This document shows, piece by piece, positions 21,716 through 31,639 of a stretch of DNA of 64,000 nt; the first letter of the stretch is position 1; each line of letters begins with the position of its first letter. Below the pieces are notes generated by a model that worked only from the letters and a program-made list of their open reading frames with translations, was not told where the DNA came from and ran no database searches. The DNA comes from Syntrophaceae bacterium (GTDB lineage: Bacteria > Desulfobacterota > Syntrophia > Syntrophales > Smithellaceae). A program made the translations under genes and the position numbers. The stretch spans positions 37,992 to 101,991 of the forward strand of contig JAFGLS010000051.1 of the NCBI GenBank assembly GCA_016927935.1, read 5' to 3'.

Positions 21716-21838
21716 TAAACCGTAAAATCACCACAAATTAGTCATTTTTACTGCGGGAAATTGCTTCATACAGGATTAACTTTTTACAGAATTGTCCAAG
21801 CAAAGCCGTATTAAAATTTTCAATCATGATGGATTAGG

Positions 21839-23974
21839 ATGGATAACCGCCGGAAGAAAATCAAATCAAATTCCCAACACCGTGAAAGTGCGTGGGCTCG
21901 CGAAGTTTTCAGCAAAGGCCAGCAATTCCTGCAGAGCATTATCGGAAGTTCTCCCATCCCGGCGTTTATTATCGGCAAGGATCATCTGATTATTTACTGG
22001 AACAAGGCACTTGAAGAAATAAGCGGCATCAAAGCCAGTGAAGTAATCGGTACCGGACAGCATTGGCGGGCATTTTATAAAACGGCAAGACCTTGCATGG
22101 CCGACTTGCTTGTTGATAAGCAACATAAAAAAATTCCTCAGTGGTATCCAGGAAAATTTATCAAATCGAAATTGATCACCGGCGCTTATGAAGCTACTGA
22201 TTTTTTCCCTGAGCTCGGCAAAAGAGGAAAGTGGCTGCGCTTTACAGCTGCTGTTATCCGTAATTCCAAAGGTTCTGTTATTGGAGCAATAGAGACGCTG
22301 GAAGATATAACCGAGGCAAAGAGGGTGGAAGAAGCTTTGCTGAAAGCACAGGAAGAATTGGAAATAAAAGTAAAGGAACGTACGCGCAAACTTACCAAAG
22401 CCAACAAAGCGTTGAAGGAAATTACAGATCATTTATCCCTGATTCTCGAATTTCTACCCATTGTATCCTATATCTGTAACGCTGATGAAAATTTTACAAT
22501 TACCTTTGTCAGTAACAGGGTCAAAGAAATCACCGGATATACTCCAGTTCAGTTTACAGGTAATTCTTATTTCTGGCAGCAGCGCATCCATCCTGAAGAC
22601 AGGGAAACTATACTCAAGAAATTAAAATCGGCCGCCAAAAAAGGTACTTACAAACTAGAATATCGATTCCAGACGGCTGATGGCTCTTATCGCTGGATTT
22701 CCGATCACCGCCGACTGATACTGCCCGGCAAGCGTTCCCGGGGTTACATGGTTGGAGCATGGCAGGATATAACGGAAGATAAAAAAATCAGACAGGAAGG
22801 GGAATTCCGTCTGCAACAGATGATTCAATCCCATAAATTAAAAGCCCTTGGTGAAGTTGTGACAGGGGTCGCTCACGAAATAAACAATCCGGTCAGCTTT
22901 ATCGCTAATAATATTACTCTTTTGGAGGAAATGTGGAATACCATTGAGCCGATTCTGGCCAGCGATGGAGCGTCTCATCCGGACTGGGGTGATAAAGGCA
23001 TCGGTTTCGTGGAAGTCTGTACGAATATGAAAGAAGTCATTGATGAGTTTAAGATAGCTTCTCAAAGAATCAAGCGGGTAATCGCGGGATTGAAAGAATT
23101 TGCCCGTACCGATGAAACATTTGACAAGAAACCTGTCAAAATAGAGGAAGTGATTCAGGGAGTAATGATTATAGTCGGTGCCCAGGTTCGCAAAACCGTT
23201 TCCTACATGGATATTTATATAGACAGCAATCTTCCACCTATACAGGGACATTTCCAAAAGCTCGAACAGGTTATTGCCAATCTTTTAATTAATGCTCATC
23301 AAGCCATTACACCGGATAGAAAAGGAAAAATAATTATAACAGCCAGAAAAGTTGAACGATTAAACTCTATTCTGATTGAAATTGAAGATAACGGTATAGG
23401 AATGAAAAAAGAAGTTCTGGATCATATCTTTCAACCTTTCTTTACTACTCGTCGGGATCAGGAAGGAACAGGATTGGGACTTTCCATATCTTATGGACTA
23501 GTCAAGGAGCACCATGGAATAATAGGAGTTCTTTCCCGTCCCGATATCGGCAGCAGGTTTACTATTTATCTTTCACTTGATGCCAGGACTCCAATAAATA
23601 TTAGCCCGGCCATACTCTGGTGTGACAGTGATACTTCCTATCTTGATGAAATAAAAATGAGCTTTGTTGATGTTATTGATTGGCATTGTAGTCCTGAAAA
23701 AACCTGCGAAGATGTGGTCGCTTATCTGGAAACATATCCCGAAGTGGATATTTTTATCTCAGAAATTAAACTGCCGTCGATCAATGGTTGGGAATTGACA
23801 AAGAAAATAAAAGAGCGTTTTCCACTCCTGCCTGTAATACTTTATTCTTCTGATTCAATAAGTCTGAAACAGGAAGGCAAAGCCGCTGTTAAACCTGATT
23901 ATCTGCTCAAGAAACCATTCAGCGTATCACAGTTACAAAGTATAATCCGTGAAACGGGAAGGCAAATATTATGA
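21839..23974 (+). CDS. Hybrid sensor histidine kinase (PAS-PAS-HisKA-HATPase plus receiver-like domain)
   Basis: 711 aa and apparently cytoplasmic (no TM). It has two PAS-like modules, the H-box VAHEINNPVSFI, the N-box ANLLINAHQAI, G1 IEDNGIGM and G2 GTGLGLSISYGLV. The C-terminal REC-like fold has Glu (codon 23762-23764, ..DIFISEIKLP..) where the phospho-Asp is expected, and the conserved Lys (LLKKPF) is present. Confidence 0.9.
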   Translation: MDNRRKKIKSNSQHRESAWAREVFSKGQQFLQSIIGSSPIPAFIIGKDHLIIYWNKALEEISGIKASEVIGTGQHWRAFYKTARPCMADLLVDKQHKKIPQWYPGKFIKSKLITGAYEATDFFPELGKRGKWLRFTAAVIRNSKGSVIGAIETLEDITEAKRVEEALLKAQEELEIKVKERTRKLTKANKALKEITDHLSLILEFLPIVSYICNADENFTITFVSNRVKEITGYTPVQFTGNSYFWQQRIHPEDRETILKKLKSAAKKGTYKLEYRFQTADGSYRWISDHRRLILPGKRSRGYMVGAWQDITEDKKIRQEGEFRLQQMIQSHKLKALGEVVTGVAHEINNPVSFIANNITLLEEMWNTIEPILASDGASHPDWGDKGIGFVEVCTNMKEVIDEFKIASQRIKRVIAGLKEFARTDETFDKKPVKIEEVIQGVMIIVGAQVRKTVSYMDIYIDSNLPPIQGHFQKLEQVIANLLINAHQAITPDRKGKIIITARKVERLNSILIEIEDNGIGMKKEVLDHIFQPFFTTRRDQEGTGLGLSISYGLVKEHHGIIGVLSRPDIGSRFTIYLSLDARTPINISPAILWCDSDTSYLDEIKMSFVDVIDWHCSPEKTCEDVVAYLETYPEVDIFISEIKLPSINGWELTKKIKERFPLLPVILYSSDSISLKQEGKAAVKPDYLLKKPFSVSQLQSIIRETGRQIL

Positions 23975-25338
23975 GAATCCTGATTGTTGATGATGAAGAA
24001 GTAGCCCTTAATTCGATAAAACGTCTTATAAAATGGCGGGGTATCAGGAACGTTGATACTTGCAATAACGGTAGGGATGCCATCGCCAAAATCAAAGAAA
24101 CGGATTTTGATATAGTTCTTCTGGATTTACTGATGCCGGAAATTGACGGTTTGCAGGTTCTGGAATCAACAAAACCTTACCGTCCGCATACAGAGTTTAT
24201 AATACTTACTGCAATTGATGATATTCCCACGACTGTTAAGGCGATTCGTTTGGGTGCTTATGACTATCTAGTCAAGCCGGTGGACAACGATCTGCTTTTT
24301 TTGGCTGTTAAAAGAGCCTATGAACACAGGGGATTGCTCATCGGTTTATCGGTAACAGCGGGGCATGACCAGAGCAAAATTCCCAGTGCTTTTTCAGAGA
24401 TTATTACACGAGACCCACGAATGTGCACCTTGCTTACCTACGCCCAGGTCATGGCAACAAGCGGTAACCCGATAATGATTACCGGAGAATCAGGTACGGG
24501 AAAAGAACTTGTTGCCAGAGGTATTCATAAAGCTGGACCAATGCCCCAGGGTCCTTTTATTGCCGTCAATGTAAGCGCTATTCCCGCCAGCATGTTTGAA
24601 AGTCAGTTTTTCGGCCATACCAAAGGCGCGTTTACAGGCGCGGAAATACAGCACCGGGGATATTTTGAGCAGGCAGACGGCGGCACACTTTTTCTGGACG
24701 AAATCGGAGAATTGCCGGTTGGTTTGCAGACGAAACTGCTTCGGGTACTGGAGGAAAAATCTTTTTATCCTCTTGGTGCGGCAAAACCCGTTTGGGTGGA
24801 TGTCAGAATCATTTCTGCTTCCAATAGCGATATTGAAAAGTCCTGTCAGGAAGGCTCTTTTCGGCTGGATTTACTCTACCGGTTGAAATCGATTCACATC
24901 CACTTGCCCCCTTTGCAGGAAAGAACAAGTGACATACCTCTGCTGGCGTCTCATTTTTTGCGCAAGGCTTGCGATATTTATAAAAAAAATATTATCGGCT
25001 TCAGTCCGGAAGCGATAGATTTGTTAAATGGCAGGAATTATCCCGGTAACGTTCGTGAATTGGCTCAGATAGTTGAAAATGCCGTTTTACTGACTGATTC
25101 CAATATGATTTTGCCATCTCATCTGGGAATGGTATCAACCAAACAATCATCCATATCACGCCAGTTATGCACGTTAAAGGAAAACGATGAGGCGCATCTG
25201 ATATATGTTTTGACCAATGTCAGCGGTGATCGTGGTAAGGCCGCGCAAATTCTGGGGATAACCGTCAGGCAGTTACAGAGGAAAATTGCCGTTATGAGAA
25301 AAAATCCACAGTGGGAAGCGGTTCTCCGCGACATTTAA
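23971..25338 (+). CDS. Sigma54-dependent response regulator (NtrC family)
   Basis: 455 aa. REC domain (VDDEE..., LLDLLMPEIDG, KP), AAA+ domain with Walker A GESGTGKE, the sigma54-contact loop GAFTGA and Walker B LFLDEIGEL, then a C-terminal Fis-type HTH (AAQILGITVRQLQRKI). ATGA overlap with the kinase gene. Confidence 0.93.
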   Translation: MRILIVDDEEVALNSIKRLIKWRGIRNVDTCNNGRDAIAKIKETDFDIVLLDLLMPEIDGLQVLESTKPYRPHTEFIILTAIDDIPTTVKAIRLGAYDYLVKPVDNDLLFLAVKRAYEHRGLLIGLSVTAGHDQSKIPSAFSEIITRDPRMCTLLTYAQVMATSGNPIMITGESGTGKELVARGIHKAGPMPQGPFIAVNVSAIPASMFESQFFGHTKGAFTGAEIQHRGYFEQADGGTLFLDEIGELPVGLQTKLLRVLEEKSFYPLGAAKPVWVDVRIISASNSDIEKSCQEGSFRLDLLYRLKSIHIHLPPLQERTSDIPLLASHFLRKACDIYKKNIIGFSPEAIDLLNGRNYPGNVRELAQIVENAVLLTDSNMILPSHLGMVSTKQSSISRQLCTLKENDEAHLIYVLTNVSGDRGKAAQILGITVRQLQRKIAVMRKNPQWEAVLRDI

Positions 25339-25642
25339 GTCATCTGCTGCGACATAAAGGTCATCATCAGCAAGTTATTATATTTAGGGACAATTATTGT
25401 TTTTAAATGTCTGCTGTTTTTTAGTCGCTTGTTTACCGGAGACTTTTTTGTCGTTTTTCTTTCTGAGAGAAATTCTAAATTTCCTACCCTGGCTATAAAA
25501 AGAGTACATTTTTTATTACCGTTACCGTGTGTGGTCAAAAGTCGATAACTGTTCAGAGAAACTGGATTTTTCCGGTAAGTGCTTTTTTATGCCATTGTCT
25601 GCGCAAAAAAATTTTACTTAAAAATAAAATAAAAAATTTTTC

Positions 25643-25658
25643 TTGGCATGTCCGTTGC
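25643..25658 (+). promoter_or_regulatory. Sigma54 (-24/-12) promoter
   Basis: TGGCATgtccgTTGCT matches TGGCAC-N5-TTGCW with exact GG/GC spacing. It is preceded by a ~40-nt A/T tract (25600-25640) and lies 24 nt upstream of the ATG at 25683 and 305 nt downstream of the NtrC-type gene. Confidence 0.75.
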
Positions 25659-25682
25659 TGATTATCCTTATTCAAGGGTAAA

Positions 25683-26159
25683 ATGTTTATGAAAGCGTTT
25701 GCTAGCAGACTTATTGATCTGACTCAAAAAAATTCAGATGCAATCGTCATGCAATGGGTTAAGGACGTGAAGACAAACACGAAAACTTTTTCCTATCATG
25801 ACGCATCCCAGGAGCAAATTGTTCTTCAAGCAAAAAAATTTTACAACGATTTTCAGATGATATTTTTTCATGAATCACCTTATGAGCAAGCAGAAAAGAT
25901 TTTTGACAAGTATGCGGAGGAAAGATTTAATGAAGGAGTTCCCCTTCACGAAGCATTGTACGCACTGATTCTTATGAGAAGACACATGTGGCTATATGCG
26001 GAATTTCAGGCTCTGTTTAATGTTGAAGTTGAGCACCGTCAGGCAATAGAAAGTCTCAGCCGGACAATTCTCATATTTGATTACATTATGTATGTTACCG
26101 CTAGGCAATTCTGGAAGATGATAAAACTGGGTAGGATGGCCAAAGAAAATTCGTTGTGA
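25683..26159 (+). CDS. Hypothetical soluble helical protein, paralog 1
   Basis: 158 aa. Clearly paralogous to the N-terminal 150 aa of the next ORF; shared blocks include PYE.A, KYAEE, PL.EA.YAL.LMRR..WLYAEFQ and ESL.RTIL.FDY. A sensor-globin/RsbR-N-like fold is only a guess. Confidence 0.7.
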   Translation: MFMKAFASRLIDLTQKNSDAIVMQWVKDVKTNTKTFSYHDASQEQIVLQAKKFYNDFQMIFFHESPYEQAEKIFDKYAEERFNEGVPLHEALYALILMRRHMWLYAEFQALFNVEVEHRQAIESLSRTILIFDYIMYVTARQFWKMIKLGRMAKENSL

Positions 26160-26223
26160 CGGGTATAAGTTAACTTTTAAAATAATTTATTCAGAACATC
26201 TTAAATGAAAAGAGGGATGAAAA

Positions 26224-27051
26224 ATGCAAGCTTATGCCGCAAAACTTATTGAGTTGATAGAACTGAAGGCCGAGAATATTTCCAAACAATGGGCTGCAGA
26301 TGTCATGAAACATGAAAGAACTCCTTCTTATCATTCTCTGCCGCAAGAAATGGTAATTGAACAAGGGACCGATTTTTACCGTCTTTTCCGGCGTATGTCT
26401 CTGGCACAAAATCCTTATGAAGAAGCCAAGACATTTTCCTGGAAGTATGCCGAGGAGCTTTACAGAAAAAAAATACCCCTGCAGGAAGCTATTTACGCTT
26501 TGATGCTTATGAGGCGGAATCTCTGGCTTTACGCGGAATTTCAGGGTGCTTTCATTACTGTTCTGGAAAAGACACAGGCTGTGGAAAGTCTGAACAGAAC
26601 AATATTGTTATTCGATTATGTATCCTATCAGGTCATCGAAAAATATCAGGAACTGATTCTCGGCAGCATAGAGAGAAGGATCGGCGCCGTAAAAACACTT
26701 ATGATGAAGGGACAAATAGGTTCTAAAAATAATATCCTCAAAGTCGGATTGATGACGGTTTTCCTTCTTGTTGCCTCTATTCTGACTTATTATTGTCATG
26801 CCGAACTTAAGACAGAGGTTATTTTCACTCATCTGTTCTATATCCCGATTATTTTGGCGTCTATCTGGTGGGGTAAAAGGGGCATTTTTGCAGCTGTTTT
26901 TCTCGGTGTTTTGATTCTGATCAGTCATGCTTTGTTCCTTAAGGGAGTATCATTTTCCGGTGATGTTATCCGGGGATTTATGTTTATTGTTATCGGCGTC
27001 GTTATAGGAAGGCTTATGGAAGGAATCAGAAAAGTGGAAGAAATGTTTTAA
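26224..27051 (+). CDS. Hypothetical membrane protein, paralog 2 (same N-terminal domain plus C-terminal TM module)
   Basis: 275 aa. The N-terminal domain is paralogous to 25683..26159. The C-terminal ~110 aa has 3-4 TM helices including HLFYIPIILASIWWGKRG. Confidence 0.7.
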   Translation: MQAYAAKLIELIELKAENISKQWAADVMKHERTPSYHSLPQEMVIEQGTDFYRLFRRMSLAQNPYEEAKTFSWKYAEELYRKKIPLQEAIYALMLMRRNLWLYAEFQGAFITVLEKTQAVESLNRTILLFDYVSYQVIEKYQELILGSIERRIGAVKTLMMKGQIGSKNNILKVGLMTVFLLVASILTYYCHAELKTEVIFTHLFYIPIILASIWWGKRGIFAAVFLGVLILISHALFLKGVSFSGDVIRGFMFIVIGVVIGRLMEGIRKVEEMF

Positions 27052-27069
27052 GTTTTTTACATAACATAA

Positions 27070-28840
<1,771 letters not shown>

Positions 28841-28918
28841 TGAGACTCACTAAGAACGAGCGAAGCGAAGTTTGAAGTGTTAGTCGAATTATCCCAGGAG
28901 CGCAGCGACGAGGGATAG
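28841..28918 (-). repeat. Family-A repeat, copy A5 (inverted orientation) in the atpC-atpQ spacer
   Basis: The reverse complement reads ATCCCtcgtcgctgcgctccTGGGAT-AATTCGACTAACA-...-GTGAGTCTCA, matching copy A3. Confidence 0.7.
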
Positions 28919-28924
28919 AAAAAA

Positions 28925-29000
28925 GGTTCTACGTTCAAAGTTCAAAGTTAAGAACAGCACAAATATAACGTAGAACATAGAACCTTGAACATTGAACTTT
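28925..29000. repeat. Imperfect long palindrome in the atpC-atpQ spacer
   Basis: GGTTCTACGT + TCAAAGTTCAAAGTT ... AACGTAGAAC + TTGAACATTGAACTTT; the arms are mutually complementary. Confidence 0.6.
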
Positions 29001-29013
29001 TTGAGGAGTGAAC

Positions 29014-29373
29014 ATGGTTGAAATACGACGAACATCCAATGTCAGGCGCCGGAAGATTGCCAATCATTTTACCCAACAGGTGGCCAGAAAAGAAGCACTA
29101 AGACTCAAGGGTCTCCGGCATAAAGACGAAACCGTCTGGTTCGGTCTGGGCATGTTCGGCATAGTCGGCTGGTCAATAGCAATTCCCACGCTGGTTGGCA
29201 TAGCTTTCGGTCTTTGGATTGACCGCACCTGGCCCAGCCAGTATTCATGGGTGTTAATGTGCTTGATCATGGGGGTTCTGGTCGGTTGTATAAATGCCGC
29301 CTACTGGGTAAGAAGAGTGCGCAGCAAAATTATCGAGGAAGATGAAGAAGATGATGATGAGCAACCATCTTAA
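29014..29373 (+). CDS. atpQ: N-ATPase-specific small membrane protein AtpQ (AtpI/AtpZ-like)
   Basis: ~119 aa from ATG 29014 (GAGGAG RBS). Basic N-terminus, two TM helices and an acidic tail. Its position between atpC and atpR is diagnostic of N-ATPase operons. Confidence 0.75.
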   Translation: MVEIRRTSNVRRRKIANHFTQQVARKEALRLKGLRHKDETVWFGLGMFGIVGWSIAIPTLVGIAFGLWIDRTWPSQYSWVLMCLIMGVLVGCINAAYWVRRVRSKIIEEDEEDDDEQPS

Positions 29374-29656
29374 CGCAGAAATATTTTTTCCTCTGGCGGC
29401 AGCTTTGGCCTTTGGTCTGGTGCTGGGAATTTTTTATTTTACTGTATTGTGGAGGACTTTGCAGCGTCTGTCTTCCACAGCAAGTTCAACGCGTCTTCTG
29501 CTGATCAGTTTTATTGGGCGCATGGCGGTGGTATTGGCAGGATTTTATTTTATTATGGGTACAGGGCACTGGGAGCGTCTGGCCGCGGCGCTTGTGGGTT
29601 TTGTTATTATGAAGATGGTCTTCACACACCGCTTGGGGGTGAATAAGGCCGTCTAG
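29342..29656 (+). CDS. atpR: N-ATPase-specific small membrane protein AtpR
   Basis: ~100 aa with 3 TM helices, including Arg in a membrane segment (TVLWRTLQRL). Overlaps the atpQ 3-prime end. The exact start among several Met codons is uncertain. Confidence 0.7.
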   Translation: MKKMMMSNHLNAEIFFPLAAALAFGLVLGIFYFTVLWRTLQRLSSTASSTRLLLISFIGRMAVVLAGFYFIMGTGHWERLAAALVGFVIMKMVFTHRLGVNKAV

Positions 29657-29679
29657 TTCTGGTTTATCCGCAGGGTGGA

Positions 29680-30423
29680 TTGAATATGGAAATCGTAGGC
29701 ATGAATCAAATCAGTCCGGATCAGGTTATTCTCTGGAGTTGGGGGTTTGTCACCCTCAATGTAACGATTCTGTATACGTGGCTGGTCATGGCGATTCTTG
29801 TGGTCGTCTCTTTGCTGGTCACTCGCAATTTGTCCGATGAGATAAATGTTTCGCGATGGCAGCATTTCCTGGAAGTGGTTATTTCCATCATTCGCGGCGA
29901 GATCAGGGAAATGAGTAAAAAAGGGGCGGATAACTATATCCCTTTGATAGGCACTCTCTTTTTGTTCATCTGTCTGTCTAATGTGCTGGTTATTGTTCCT
30001 GGATTTATTGCGCCGACATCGTCAATAACCACTACGGCCGCGCTTGCTTTGTGTGTTTTTGTTGCCGTTCCTTTCTACGGCATATCCAGCAACGGTTTTT
30101 TCCATTATTTCAAGGAATATTTTCAACCTAATTTTATCTTCTTCCCCTTTCATGTGATGGGTGAATTGGCCAGAACTCTCGCTCTTACAGTTCGATTGTT
30201 CGGCAATATTATGAGTCATGAAAAGGTTATCGGCATACTTCTTTCCGTCACACCCCTGTTGTTCCCTGTTATTATGCAGGCACTGGGATTGCTGATTGGC
30301 GTGATCCAGGCCTACATATTTGCCATTCTTTCCATGGTTTATATCGCTTCGGCAACAAGCGCTCATGAGGAGACGCACAAACATAAAGAGTCGCATGAAG
30401 TGAAGGTTAGTGTGAAAGTTTAA
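29680..30423 (+). CDS. atpB: N-type ATPase a subunit
   Basis: 247 aa and polytopic, with the conserved stator Arg region (LALTVRLFGNIMSHE). Confidence 0.88.
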   Translation: MNMEIVGMNQISPDQVILWSWGFVTLNVTILYTWLVMAILVVVSLLVTRNLSDEINVSRWQHFLEVVISIIRGEIREMSKKGADNYIPLIGTLFLFICLSNVLVIVPGFIAPTSSITTTAALALCVFVAVPFYGISSNGFFHYFKEYFQPNFIFFPFHVMGELARTLALTVRLFGNIMSHEKVIGILLSVTPLLFPVIMQALGLLIGVIQAYIFAILSMVYIASATSAHEETHKHKESHEVKVSVKV

Positions 30424-30451
30424 ATAATATTTTTAATAAGGAGGCATTTTT

Positions 30452-30727
30452 ATGGATAAGATTAGTTTAGTTGCGATGGCTTCAATATTTGCCGCTGGTT
30501 TAACCATGGCCATCGGTTCTCTTGCACCGGCTCTCGGCATGGGTCGATCAATACAGCAAGCTCTTGCGGCCATTGCTCAACAACCGGATGAAAGAAATTC
30601 CCTGACCCGGACGCTTTTTGTCGGACTGGCCATGATTGAATCAATCGCTATTTATTGCTTTGTTATTTCGATGATTCTGATATTTGCCAATCCCTTCTGG
30701 GGTCATTTTTTAAAAGCAGGGGGATAA
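30452..30727 (+). CDS. atpE: N-type ATPase c subunit
   Basis: 91 aa helical hairpin with a QQPD loop and the ion-binding Glu in AMIESIAIY. Confidence 0.9.
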   Translation: MDKISLVAMASIFAAGLTMAIGSLAPALGMGRSIQQALAAIAQQPDERNSLTRTLFVGLAMIESIAIYCFVISMILIFANPFWGHFLKAGG

Positions 30728-30730
30728 TCC

Positions 30731-31501
30731 ATGCATATCGACTGGTTTGTTTTATTTTGCCAGATCTTCAATTTTCTTTTGCTTGCCTATCTGTTGAAAC
30801 GCTTTCTTTACGGCAGAATTATTAAGGCTATGGACGACAGAGAGGCGAAGATTGCCGCGCGGTTTGCCGAAGCCGAAGATATGAAAGCTAAGGCGACCGA
30901 AGCTACTGAGCTTTATGTAAAGCGCAACCAGATACTTAACGAGACAAAAGAACAGATGCTCAATGAGGCGGCGACGGCTGCTGAAACCAAACGTAAGGAG
31001 CTGATGGAAAAGGTTCGTGAAGAAGTAGATCAGATGAAAATGCGTTGGCAGGATATGTTGATTCGCGAACAGGACGCTTTTTTCCATGATTTACGCCGTC
31101 GTGCGGCGAAGCAGTTATACGATGTGGCACGCAAGGCTTTAAGTGATCTGGCGGATGCCGATCTGGAAGAGAGAATTGTGGATGAATTCATACGCCGCCT
31201 AAAGACAATGGATGAGGGAAAAAGCATTCAGATGCGCAACGCCGTCAGGGGCGGCGGCAATAAGGTGACTATCCAGAGCGCGTTTGATCTCTCCGAGCAG
31301 AAGAAGGCGCAAATAGAGGATGTTCTGAAAGAGCAGATTAATAAAAGTTTTACTCTGCAGTATATGAAACAGCCGGATATTGTGTCGGGCATTGAGTTGC
31401 GTGTCAACGGTCATAAAATAGCCTGGAGTCTCAATGAGTATCTGGAGACGTTGGTGGAAAGCATGACGGAGACGCTTCAAAAAGAGGCACATGCGACTTA
31501 A
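30731..31501 (+). CDS. atpF: N-type ATPase b subunit (long form)
   Basis: 256 aa with an N-terminal TM helix and then a long charged helix. The extended length and the lack of a separate delta gene are typical of N-ATPases. Confidence 0.85.
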   Translation: MHIDWFVLFCQIFNFLLLAYLLKRFLYGRIIKAMDDREAKIAARFAEAEDMKAKATEATELYVKRNQILNETKEQMLNEAATAAETKRKELMEKVREEVDQMKMRWQDMLIREQDAFFHDLRRRAAKQLYDVARKALSDLADADLEERIVDEFIRRLKTMDEGKSIQMRNAVRGGGNKVTIQSAFDLSEQKKAQIEDVLKEQINKSFTLQYMKQPDIVSGIELRVNGHKIAWSLNEYLETLVESMTETLQKEAHAT

Positions 31502-31541
31502 TGGTGGATAGTAGATGGTGGATAGTGGATAGTGGATAGTG
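31502..31541 (+). repeat. Heptamer microsatellite (TGGATAG)n
   Basis: TGGATAG occurs at 31505, 31519, 31526 and 31533. The motif equals the GGATAG flank of the family-A hairpin that follows. Confidence 0.8.
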
Positions 31542-31622
31542 TCCCCTCTACTTCGCTTCGGGGATAGTTCCATTGACGCTTCGAGCTGCACTCAGTTTGC
31601 TCTTAGCGAGTGTCACTAAAAG
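31542..31622 (+). repeat. Family-A repeat, copy A4 (atpF-atpA spacer)
   Basis: TCCCCtctacttcgcttcGGGGA-TAGTTCCATTGA..., tail GTGTCACTAAAAG. Confidence 0.7.
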
Positions 31623-31639
31623 ATGTCAGGAGGCTTAGA

